Below are positions 27,861-37,300 of a stretch of 64,000 bases of DNA, piece by piece. The notes under the pieces are model-generated. The model was not told the DNA's origin. It saw nothing but the letters and a program-made list of their open reading frames with translations, and did not search any database. A program made the position numbers and the translations under genes. This DNA is from Kiritimatiellia bacterium (GTDB lineage: Bacteria; Verrucomicrobiota; Kiritimatiellia; RFP12; UBA1067), in assembly GCA_050949565.1 (NCBI GenBank), contig JBMNFY010000017.1, positions 384,001-448,000 on the forward strand. Direction: 5' to 3'. Every line of letters starts with the position of its first letter. The stretch's first letter is position 1.

Positions 27861-28316
27861 CCTCCGCGCAAAGCGCGGAGGCTCCATTTAGGATTTAGGA
27901 GTTAGGAGTTTTTTTTTAACGCAGAGGCGCAGAGACGCAGAGGTTATTGCGACCACCCAGTGGTCGCAATGATGAGTGTAAAAACGGGCGGGAAGACGGG
28001 CACCGGGTGCGCACGGGACATGCAATGGGGCTCGCGCGGGAGACAGCCCCAAAATGCGCCCATCATGCTGTAAATGGTCACGGGCGGGGCGCGGCTGCGC
28101 GGTACAAGGTTTTAACCTCATCTTTGTGACCACTGAGTGGTCACAAAAAGTGGTCGCAATGATGAGTGTAAAAGCCCTGCTCTGCTTTTGCCGATTCCGA
28201 TTTCGATAGCGATCCCGATCCCGGCGGCGGCGTGAAACGCCGCCCGGACGAGCAGACGCTCGTCCCTCCCGGTGCTCCGAGAGTCCGGTCATAGGCTTGG
28301 AGGGCGAGCGTCCCCG
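27861..28316. repeat. Hairpin plus composite REP-like mosaic between convergent genes
   Basis: CCTCCGCGC-AAA-GCGCGGAGG hairpin, TTAGGAG heptamers, AACGCAGAG 9-mers, palindromes at 27946 and 28124, block homologous to 21498-21660. Confidence 0.8.
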
Positions 28317-28317
28317 T

Positions 28318-29157
28318 TCACAGCATATCGCGTATACGGTTGGCTTCGCGGATGTATGCGTCGAGACGCTCCCAGTCCCGCTCCTCCAAGCAACGCGTGA
28401 AGACGGTTAGGCGATCGGAGAAGGCCGCAATAGCGTCAAGGATCGCATCGCGGTTCTGCTCGAAGATCGGCACCCACATCTCGGGTGAACTTTTCGCGAG
28501 GCGCACAGTGGAAGCGAATCCGCCGCCCGCTAGACGCGGCACGGCGTACCCGGCCTTCTCCTCGCTCTGGACGGCGAGCGAGAGGGCATAGGCGGCCACA
28601 TGCGAAAGATGCGAAACGTATGCGGCGTGGCGGTCATGCTGTTCGGCGGTCATGAACTCGAACTTGAGGCCGACCGCGTGGAAAAGCTCGAGCGCGGTCT
28701 TGCAGGCGTCCGGTGCGCTCCACTCGAGATCGCACAACAGCACGGTTTTGTTCCGGAAAAGTCCTTCCAGCGCGGCGTCGGGACCGGCGTGCTCCGTGCC
28801 CGCCATGGGGTGCGCCGCGACGTACCGTTCGCGATTCGGATGCTCGCGCACCGCGTCGGCAATACGTAGCTTGGTCGAACCGAGATCGATCACGGTCTGT
28901 CCGTCACGCGCGGTGTCGAGCAATCGCGGCAGAAGCGTTTCGATGGCGTTGACCGGTACCGCCAGCAACAGCACGTCGGCCTCGCTGGCGGCTTCGTCCA
29001 AGGCGACGACGCGGTCGACAAGACCGAGTTCGAGTGCGCGCGCCGCATGTGCCGGATCGGTGTCCACGCCGAGCAGCTCTTCGGCCAGATCTGACTTACG
29101 CAAGTCGCGGGCGAACGAACCGCCGATCAAGCCGAGTCCGATGAAAGCGAGTGTCAT
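28318..29157 (-). CDS. tyrA: Prephenate dehydrogenase
   Basis: FIGLGLIGGSF, DLGSTK, HPMAGTE..G, HDRHAAYVSHLSH, GGFASTVRLAKSSPEMW. Confidence 0.92.
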   Translation of the reverse strand: MTLAFIGLGLIGGSFARDLRKSDLAEELLGVDTDPAHAARALELGLVDRVVALDEAASEADVLLLAVPVNAIETLLPRLLDTARDGQTVIDLGSTKLRIADAVREHPNRERYVAAHPMAGTEHAGPDAALEGLFRNKTVLLCDLEWSAPDACKTALELFHAVGLKFEFMTAEQHDRHAAYVSHLSHVAAYALSLAVQSEEKAGYAVPRLAGGGFASTVRLAKSSPEMWVPIFEQNRDAILDAIAAFSDRLTVFTRCLEERDWERLDAYIREANRIRDML

Positions 29158-30032
29158 GTCGAAGCCTGAGGTTGGAGGTTGGTGGACGCGCCGCCGCACG
29201 TCCCGATGGGTTCCGTCAGACCGAACAGGCCAGCAGCGTTGTCCCAGAGAATCTGCCGCTGTTGGTGCTCCGTGAACGGCAACGCGAGGAAGGCGCGTAG
29301 CACGGCCCGCGGCGACTGCCACGGGGCGTCTGTACCAAACAGGATGCGCGACGTACCGTGCCGTTGCACCATGCGCACGATTTGCTCGTCAGGCATCCAG
29401 AAGAGCGTGTGTGACAGATCAAGGTAGATCGGGCGGCCAATGAGCTCCGCCTCCGCCTCGTCCCACATCTGGAAGCCACCTAAGTGCGCAGCCACAACCG
29501 TCAAGCGCGGGTACGCCGCCAGCAACGCCGCCAGCGTGCGGGGCGTCGTGTGAAAGGGTGACGAAAAGACACGCTCACCGCCGGCATGCAGGAAGACCAA
29601 GAGGCCGCGCTCGACGCAGCCGCTCCAGACCGGTTGCACGCGCGGATCATCCAAGGTGAAGGTCTGGTACTCGGGATGCAGCTTGACACCGCGGAAGCCA
29701 GCCGCCTGAATGGAATCGAGCGTGGCCGGGATGTCGGACGTGTCGGGGTGGATGGTCGCGAGGCTGCGCACCGGGCCGCAGTTGATCTTGGCGGCCCAGG
29801 CGTTGATCGACGCCACCTGATCGGGGCGGGTCGCGACGGGTAGATTGAGCGCACCGCAGATGCCGGAGCGGGCGAGGTCTGCCGTCAGCCCGGCCACAGT
29901 GCCGTCGAATGCCGGCGGATTGCCAAAGCGTTGCGCGAGCGCGTCCACCGCCTTGGGGGCCAGTTCGTCTGGATACAGGTGGACGTGGCAGTCAAAAACC
30001 AACGGTTGTTTTTCTGGATGAGTCGTTTGCAT
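29154..30032 (-). CDS. Amidohydrolase family 2 protein
   Basis: FDCHVH, RGVKLHP.YQ, FLHAG, VAAHLGG, ILFGTDAPW. Confidence 0.88.
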   Translation of the reverse strand: MQTTHPEKQPLVFDCHVHLYPDELAPKAVDALAQRFGNPPAFDGTVAGLTADLARSGICGALNLPVATRPDQVASINAWAAKINCGPVRSLATIHPDTSDIPATLDSIQAAGFRGVKLHPEYQTFTLDDPRVQPVWSGCVERGLLVFLHAGGERVFSSPFHTTPRTLAALLAAYPRLTVVAAHLGGFQMWDEAEAELIGRPIYLDLSHTLFWMPDEQIVRMVQRHGTSRILFGTDAPWQSPRAVLRAFLALPFTEHQQRQILWDNAAGLFGLTEPIGTCGGASTNLQPQAST

Positions 30033-30097
30033 TTGGAATGCGCGACATTGTATGCTTCCCCCACGAACCACGCAAGCGAACTCTGACCTGCTTCCGG

Positions 30098-30126
30098 TTG
30101 CCGGATTGGATTGAAAATCGTATAAT
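30098..30126 (+). promoter_or_regulatory. Sigma70 promoter, probably leaderless transcript
   Basis: TTGCCG-N17-TATAAT ending 7 nt before ATG 30134; no SD. Confidence 0.6.
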
Positions 30127-30133
30127 GCGGGCC

Positions 30134-30667
30134 ATGAAACAAGGATGGATAGTATGCGCGGTTCTCTTGGCCGCAAGCGTTGTGGCGCAGGCCCGAGGCA
30201 TCAAAATCTGTTTCGAGGCGGAATCCGCTACGGCTGTGGAGGCCCCGATGGTCGTGGTCTCGAATGGCGTTGAGGGGGCTTCCGGTGCTTACCTTGAGAT
30301 TCCCGAAGGTGCCGGCAACCCGCCTAAGGTCGAGGCCGGCAAGGCGGTGTTTACCGTTGACGTGCCGGAGGACGGCGCGTTCACGCTCTGGTGCCGTGTC
30401 TGGTGGGAGGATGAGTGCGGCAACTCCTTCACGGTCAAAATCGACGACCAACCCGCCTTTCTGTTCGGCGAGGACGCCACCTACAAGACCTGGCACTGGG
30501 TCAAATACCCGGTGGCGCGCACCACACCGCCGATCAAGCTCGCCAAAGGTTCGCACACGCTGACCTTCCACAACCGTGAGGACGGCGTGCGGCTTGATCA
30601 GGTGCTGCTCAGTGCGGACAAGCGCTTCGTGCCGGTCGAAATCGAGACCCCGGGAATTCGTCCATGA
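30134..30667 (+). CDS. Secreted galactose-binding-like (CBM-like) domain protein
   Basis: Signal peptide; FEAE...GASG.YL...LWCRV...NSF.V.ID...WHW...LAKGSHTL....REDGVRLDQ. Confidence 0.65.
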   Translation: MKQGWIVCAVLLAASVVAQARGIKICFEAESATAVEAPMVVVSNGVEGASGAYLEIPEGAGNPPKVEAGKAVFTVDVPEDGAFTLWCRVWWEDECGNSFTVKIDDQPAFLFGEDATYKTWHWVKYPVARTTPPIKLAKGSHTLTFHNREDGVRLDQVLLSADKRFVPVEIETPGIRP

Positions 30668-31968
30668 AGACTGGGCGCCTCCATGGCTGGTTGCAGGTGA
30701 CCTTCCGCTGGGGAGCACTGCTGACCCTCTGCACGGCGCCCACCCAGTGGACCCTGATCACCAACCCGCGTTTGGGCCTGGCCGACTTGCTGCTGGCGGC
30801 GACGGCCGGCGTGTGGGGGCTCGACATCCTGCTGACGCGCGGCTGGCGTCGGCTTTGGGCGGCACGACCGCACTGGACGCATCTGCTTTTCACACTCTGC
30901 GCCGCTACGGCGGTCTGCACGGCGGTCGACCGTGGCGAGGCGCTCAAAGAGCTGGTACAGATTTTCGAATACTTTATCGTGGGAGCCATGGTCTTCGCCG
31001 CTTTCCTGCGCGAGCGTGATGACACCGCGTTGGTCGGCGCGCGCCTCGTCAGTCATCCGCCGCTCTTTCCGACGCTGGGCGTGGTCACGGCAGTGGTGCT
31101 GGCGCTGGCGCTGGTGCAATACTTTTCGCCGGCGGGGCACCGTTCGATTGCTTGCTTTGCTGAACCGAAAACACTGGACATCATCGTGAACGTTCTGGGT
31201 GGCCGGGAGAGCCCGCTGCTGGTCGGCGGGACCTTCGGCAACCGCAACGTGCTGGGCGGTTTCATGACGTTGGCGTTACCGCTGGCGGCCGCCGGTGCGC
31301 TGGGTGCCGTGCGCGGGATCGTCGCGCGTATCGGCTGCGCACTGCTGTTGCTGGCCGGGCTGACAGTGATCCTGTCAGGCGCCGCCTACTGGGCGGTGAT
31401 CATCGCGGTGGTTGCACTGGCTGCGACGCGCGGCGTGAAAGTCTTCATCCCCGTCGCGCTGGTGCTCGTCCTGTGGCAGGCGTGCGTCCTGCCGAACCTG
31501 CCGCGCGAGAATGATCTGTGCCACTTCGAGTCGGTCGCGCTCTACGACGATGCGGGACAGCCCACCCGACGTTATCCCGAGTGGCAAGCAGCCGCCAGTA
31601 TGATTCTCACGCATCCTTGGTTGGGCGTAGGCCCCGGCAACTATCAGCGGCAGGTGGGGCCCTTTTACGGACAGGTGCCGAACGCCACCGGACCGGCGGA
31701 GCCCGACATTCAGAATCTCTATCTCGTGCTGGGCGCGACCTGCGGCCTTCCGGCGTTACTGGCCTTTGGAGCGCTACTGACCACCGCCATCGGCTCCGCG
31801 CAAAAGGCCGGGCGGGCGGGCGTAGCCGCAGCGCTGGCGGCTTTTTCGCTGGCGTGCGTATGGCATCCTTTGTTAGTGCGCGGGCTCGGCCTGCCGCTTG
31901 TCTTTGTTCTCGCGCTAGCGCGCCACCCGCAACAGGAGAAGGCTCCCGATGGACCCATCCCCCTCTGA
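30664..31968 (+). CDS. O-antigen ligase (Wzy_C) family membrane protein
   Basis: Multi-TM; GTFGNRNVLGG, R...WQAA..MI..HPWLGVGPGNY, NLYL. Confidence 0.75.
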   Translation: MKTGRLHGWLQVTFRWGALLTLCTAPTQWTLITNPRLGLADLLLAATAGVWGLDILLTRGWRRLWAARPHWTHLLFTLCAATAVCTAVDRGEALKELVQIFEYFIVGAMVFAAFLRERDDTALVGARLVSHPPLFPTLGVVTAVVLALALVQYFSPAGHRSIACFAEPKTLDIIVNVLGGRESPLLVGGTFGNRNVLGGFMTLALPLAAAGALGAVRGIVARIGCALLLLAGLTVILSGAAYWAVIIAVVALAATRGVKVFIPVALVLVLWQACVLPNLPRENDLCHFESVALYDDAGQPTRRYPEWQAAASMILTHPWLGVGPGNYQRQVGPFYGQVPNATGPAEPDIQNLYLVLGATCGLPALLAFGALLTTAIGSAQKAGRAGVAAALAAFSLACVWHPLLVRGLGLPLVFVLALARHPQQEKAPDGPIPL

Positions 31969-33787
31969 GGCCCCGAGAATTTTTGAACTGCCCGCACACA
32001 AGTTTCGTACGCGGTTGCTACGTCTGCTGATACGGCTGATTAAGCGTCCGATCGAGAGTATCAGCGGCCTGCGCGCCTGCGACCGTGTCTATGCGCGCGC
32101 CTGGAAGATGCCCAAGGACATCCCGTTCAGCGACCGCGCGATGCAGGCGGTCGGTGTGCGCGTCAACTTCTCCGCAGAAGAGCTGCAGAGCATACCGAAA
32201 GAAGGCCCCGTGGTCGTGGTGTCCAACCACCCTTTCGGCGGCATCGAAGGCGTGATCCTGCTCTCGCTGCTGCGCCGTGTGCGCCCTGACGTCAAGGCTA
32301 TGGCCAACTTCCTGCTGGGCGCGATCCCGGAAATGCGCGAGGACTTTATCTTTGTCGATCCCTTCGCCTCGAAGAGTTCGACCAAAGCCAACCTGCGCCC
32401 GATCAAGGAGAGCCTGACCTGGCTAAAAGAGGGCCACCTGCTGATCGTCTTCCCGTCGGGCGAGGTCTCCAGCTTCGACCGCCGCACACTGCGGGTGCGC
32501 GATCCGGCTTGGAGCCCCAGCATTGCCGCGCTGGTACGTAAAACCGACGCCACCGTGGTGCCTATGTACTTCCCGGGGCACAACGGTTTTCTGTTCAATC
32601 TGGTCGGCTTGATCCATCCGCGATTCCGCACCCTGTTGCTGCCGCGTTACATCGCCAACAAGAAAGGCCGCACGCTCACCCTGCGTATCGGTACGCCGCT
32701 CACGACCAAGGCGCTGGAACCGTTCTCCACGGATGACGTGCAACTCATCAAGTACATGCGCTTCCGCTCCTACCTGCTGGCCGAGCGCGAGACCCACCGT
32801 ACGCGGCGCTTCATCACGCTCAATCCGCCGATGATGCCGCCCGACCCGATCATCGCGCCGATACCCGCCGATGTGCTGACCGCAGAAATCGCGCGCCTGC
32901 CCGAGGCCAACCTGCTGATCGCCTCCGGCGACCTTTCGGTCTACATCGCAGCCGCAGAGCAGATCCCCGCCTGCCTGCGCGAGATCGGGCGCCTACGCGA
33001 AGTCGCCTTCCGCGCCGTGGGCGAAGGCACCGGTAACGCGATCGACCTCGACGACTTCGACAACTATTACAACCACCTCTTCATTTGGAACGCCGCCCGC
33101 CAAGAGATCATCGGCTCCTACCGCCTCGGATTGACCGACGAGATTCTGACCGAACACGGTGTCAAAGGCCTTTATACCCGCACGCTCTTCAAGTTCGACG
33201 AACGGCTGATGGAGCGGATCCCGCCAGCCATCGAGATGGGACGCTCCTTCGTCCGCACCGAATACCAGAAGGCCTATACCTCGCTTTTCCTGCTGTGGAA
33301 AGGGATCTCCGCTTTCATCGGACGCAACCCGCATTACCGCGTGCTCTTCGGCCCGGTCAGCATCACCAACGAGTACCGCGAAGCCTCGCGTTGCATGATC
33401 CTCGCCTCGATGCGCCAAACCTGCATGGCGGACGATCTGGCGCATCTGGTCAAGCCGAAGTTCCCGCCCAAGCCGCCGCGGCGTTCGGAGTGGTGTCTCA
33501 AGGAGTACACCGAGTATCTCAACGACATTGACCAAGTAGCGGGATATGTCGCGGAGATTGAGCCCGACGGAAAGGACATCCCGGTATTGCTGCGTCAGTA
33601 TCTGAAACTCAGCGGACGCCTGCTCGCCTTCAATGTCGATCCTGATTTCAGCTCGGTCGTGGACGGCCTGATCATGGTGGACCTGTCTCAGTCCAGCCCC
33701 AAAACCATACGCCGCTACATGGGCAACGAGGTCGCCGAGGCTTATTTCAAGGTTCACGGTATCACTGAGACACCGCAGACGGAGTAG
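31949..33787 (+). CDS. PlsC-type acyltransferase fused to GNAT (OlsF-like / 'putative hemolysin')
   Basis: VVSNHPFGGIEG, VFPSGEVS; EIGRLREVAFRAVGEGTG..IDLD.FD.YY, EMGRSFV..EYQ, PVLLRQYL, FNVDPDF. Confidence 0.85.
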   Translation: MDPSPSEAPRIFELPAHKFRTRLLRLLIRLIKRPIESISGLRACDRVYARAWKMPKDIPFSDRAMQAVGVRVNFSAEELQSIPKEGPVVVVSNHPFGGIEGVILLSLLRRVRPDVKAMANFLLGAIPEMREDFIFVDPFASKSSTKANLRPIKESLTWLKEGHLLIVFPSGEVSSFDRRTLRVRDPAWSPSIAALVRKTDATVVPMYFPGHNGFLFNLVGLIHPRFRTLLLPRYIANKKGRTLTLRIGTPLTTKALEPFSTDDVQLIKYMRFRSYLLAERETHRTRRFITLNPPMMPPDPIIAPIPADVLTAEIARLPEANLLIASGDLSVYIAAAEQIPACLREIGRLREVAFRAVGEGTGNAIDLDDFDNYYNHLFIWNAARQEIIGSYRLGLTDEILTEHGVKGLYTRTLFKFDERLMERIPPAIEMGRSFVRTEYQKAYTSLFLLWKGISAFIGRNPHYRVLFGPVSITNEYREASRCMILASMRQTCMADDLAHLVKPKFPPKPPRRSEWCLKEYTEYLNDIDQVAGYVAEIEPDGKDIPVLLRQYLKLSGRLLAFNVDPDFSSVVDGLIMVDLSQSSPKTIRRYMGNEVAEAYFKVHGITETPQTE

Positions 33788-33793
33788 TCGGTC

Positions 33794-34393
33794 ATGGTTT
33801 CTGAAGCATTCCTGAATTCATGGGTGTTCTCTTGGTGCGTGGTGCCGCTGCTAATCTTCGTCGCGCGCATCATGGATGTCAGCATCGGTACCCTGCGCGT
33901 GATTTTCGTGGCCAAGGGATACCGCATCTATGCACCGATCCTGGGCTTCTTCGAGGTCATCATTTGGCTGCTGGCGATCCGGCAAATCTTGAACCACATC
34001 AATAACCCGATGTGCTATCTAGCGTACGGACTGGGGTTCGGCGTGGGCAACTACGTCGGCATCAGGCTGGACGAGCGACTCTCGCTGGGCACAGTGCTGG
34101 TGCGCATCGTGCCGAAGCTCGACACCACCAACCTGATCGCGCATCTACGCGAATCAGGCTTCGGCGTGTCGCTGGTCGATATCGAGGGCATGTCCGGCAA
34201 GTTGAAGATGATCCTCACCGTCACCAAACGCAAGGATTTGAAAGAGATGATGCAGATCATCCAGTTGCACAACCCGAACGCGTTTGTCACGGTCGAGGAT
34301 GTTAAGACCGCCAAAGAAGGCTACTTCCGTCTGCCCCCCGAAAAGACCGGATCGCCGCTCTGGATATTCGGCGGCCCGCAAAATCAAAAGTGA
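33794..34393 (+). CDS. DUF5698/DUF2179 (UPF0316) membrane protein
   Basis: LIFVARIMDVSIGTLRVIF, GFFEVIIWL, YGLGFGVGNYVG, PNAFVTVED. Confidence 0.85.
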   Translation: MVSEAFLNSWVFSWCVVPLLIFVARIMDVSIGTLRVIFVAKGYRIYAPILGFFEVIIWLLAIRQILNHINNPMCYLAYGLGFGVGNYVGIRLDERLSLGTVLVRIVPKLDTTNLIAHLRESGFGVSLVDIEGMSGKLKMILTVTKRKDLKEMMQIIQLHNPNAFVTVEDVKTAKEGYFRLPPEKTGSPLWIFGGPQNQK

Positions 34394-34397
34394 TTAC

Positions 34398-37300
34398 TCA
34401 CTTCAGATAGAGCAGAAGGCCGGACGGATAGAGCACGGCGTTCAGCAGGTTTTCGTCCTGCACCCAGCCGGGATTGACGCTGTGCCCAAAGGGAGCACCG
34501 CTGCCGCGCCACTGCGTGTCAAAGGACGCGCCACCGCTAATGGTGTCGTAGCTGATCAGCGGGACGGTCTGCTGGCCGCTGGTCCAGTTGGACACGCGGT
34601 CGACCACCACCTGTCCGCCGCCAAGCACGGTGAGGCCGCCCGACACAGTGATCTGGTCTGCGGCTGGTTGCGCGCCATCGTAGTCCACGTACAGCACGGC
34701 ACCATCCGCCAAAACCAACCCCTGCTCGAAGACACGCGGGCCGGTCAACTGGAAGACGGTCGGGGGCACCTCGGCATTCGCCACGTAGCCGGAACCGGTG
34801 ACGGTGACCGCATCAGTAGCCACGCCGTTCAGGATCAGATCGGCATCAGAGGCAAGATCAATCGTCGCGCCCGTATGCGGCGCAGCCGCGAAGCTCGTGC
34901 CGGGCGTGCCGCGTCCGAACCACTTCCACGCGAGATAGGCCTCGACCTCCGCGCATTCCGCATCGGTGAGCGCGCGCGTGTAGATCAGCACTTCAGCCAG
35001 CCGCTGGCCGCCGCAGTGGGTGCCGTCAGAGTACTTGCGGCCCGGCCGGTCGCATGCGAAAGCACCCGCGAAGACAGCATCTGTGGTCGTCAAGCTGACG
35101 ATCTGATAGCCTGCGCCGTTCAGACCGGTGAGGGTACCGTTGACCGGCGCGCCGTCGATGCGGGTGACACCGCCGGTGACAGCGAGCCAACTGCCCCACA
35201 ACACGGCCGGCGTGTTGCTGATGTAATTGGGGCCGCGCACGAAGTAGTTGAGGTCGCCGCTGCCGGACATCATGTGGCCGCCGCCCGCCTGACTGCCGAT
35301 GACCCAGAAGACCGTGCGGATGCCGTTCACCTGCGCGTTCCAGAGCAGCCACTGCGTGCTGCCGTACTGACCGAAGTCCAGCACCGGCTTGCCGTTCAGC
35401 GCCCCCGGCAACAGGGTCGGCGGCGTGATGGCAATCCCATCGGGCATACGGTTCTCGACGAGAACCTGAGTGTTGGTGTAGCGCTGGTCTGGATTGGCGT
35501 ACGCATAGGCGTAGGGATAACCGGCACCGCGCACGTCGGCCCACTGGAGCACCTCGTGGGTGCTGCCGGGTTTGAACGTCAGCGACTCAGCGCACGAGGC
35601 GTCGACCCGGAAGGCAAGCGCGTCGGTCACCGGCAACTCGTCGTGCAGTTCGTCGGCCGGCGACAGGGTGAGCGTGCCCGCCGTGACCTGATACGTGGCC
35701 GGCGTCGAACCGCCGGAGGTCAACGCAAGCTTGCCGCCGCCGGTCACGGAGACCGCATCTGCCCCTTGAATCTCGCCCAGCACAGCGAGCCGGCCAGTTT
35801 CCACATGCAGGCTACCGCCCAGCGACTGCACACGTCCCACCACCGGCAACGTCGGCGCAGCGTAGCCAACCGAGGCACGCCCGAACCACTTGGCGTTCAG
35901 GTAAGCTTCCGTCTGCTGCCGCTCGGCGTCGGTCAGCACGCGGTCGTACAGCAGGATTTCACCGAAGCGCAGGCCGCCGAACCGACGGGGGCTGCCGCGG
36001 TCACCCGCGATATAGGTCTGCACGGTATAGGGCGCACGCGGTTTGACGATGAACGAGAACAGCCCGTAACCGCCGGAGAAACCGCGCCGCACACCGCACA
36101 CGTTTTGACCATCGAGATACGTCCATCCTTGACGCACATCAAGGTCAGCCGATGCCGGATGCCAAATCGGCGTATACGGGTTACCTGTCCCTAGATAGTT
36201 GGACCACTCTCGATAAAATGGATATGTAGTGGGCGTGCCGAGGAAACAGCCGCCTCCCTCCTGACTACCATGCACAGCGAAGGCCGAAAGAACCTTCGCG
36301 CGCGTACCGTCGAAGGTCAGAGCGGTACCGTCTTTGACGGCAGGTCCAAGATCAATCACCGGACGTCCGTTCAACTCGTCGGTGCGCAACACGGGATTCG
36401 CGCCCGTGAAGCCGATCGGCAGGTTGTTGGTGGAGAAGTCCCGGATGTCGGTGATGGTCGTTCCGTCGACCGTCACGCCGCCGGGACGCGACGCATCGAG
36501 CCAGAGCGAAGGGTTGGGCGCGGGCTGCGCGGGAGACTCCAAGTGGCTGACATCCAGCCGGTCGAGACGGGTCTCCAGAATGCCGGAGAAAGCAGCGCCG
36601 TCAAGCACACGCAACGTGGCCGCGCCTTCGCGACGCGCAGTGCCCGCACCCTCCAACGCAGCGAGCATAACGTTGCCGGTGCCGGTGCCGGTATCCAGCA
36701 CCGCGCCATCCGCGAGCGCGACGCGCCGCAGGTCGCCGAACCATTTGGCCGCGAGCAACGCCTCCATATTCATGCGCTCCTTCTCGGTCAGCGCGTAGTT
36801 GAAGAGCACCACCTCGCCGAGGCGTTGCCCGCCGCATTGCACTGTGGACACCCGGTCACGGCTAAACTGGTTGGCGGCAGCGTTGGCGGTAGTGACAAGT
36901 TGCACCAACTGGTAACCGCCGTTCAACACGCCTCGTTGCCAATAGGAATCCAACTTGAGACCGTCAACAAAAATCCGTCCGTTTTTGACGCCCGCGGCGG
37001 CGTCGCCATTGAAAAGTCCGGGCTCCGTGCTGTCGCCCCATGTGGCAGCCCCACGGTGAAAGTCGACGCCACCGGTATGGCCGAGCAGAAAGCCGCCGCC
37101 GTTCTGGCTGCCGAGCAACCAGAAGGCCGTGCGGATATTGGCGATCTCCGCGTTCCACGAGAGGTAGCGTTCGGTGACATGGCTGGTTCGAGAGTAGGAC
37201 GCCGGGGCAGAGCTAGCGTAACCGTAGTAGTTGAAGTCAATCACCGGACGACCGCCGAGCGCGTTGAGCAACAGGTTCGGCGGGTTATTGATCAGATTGT

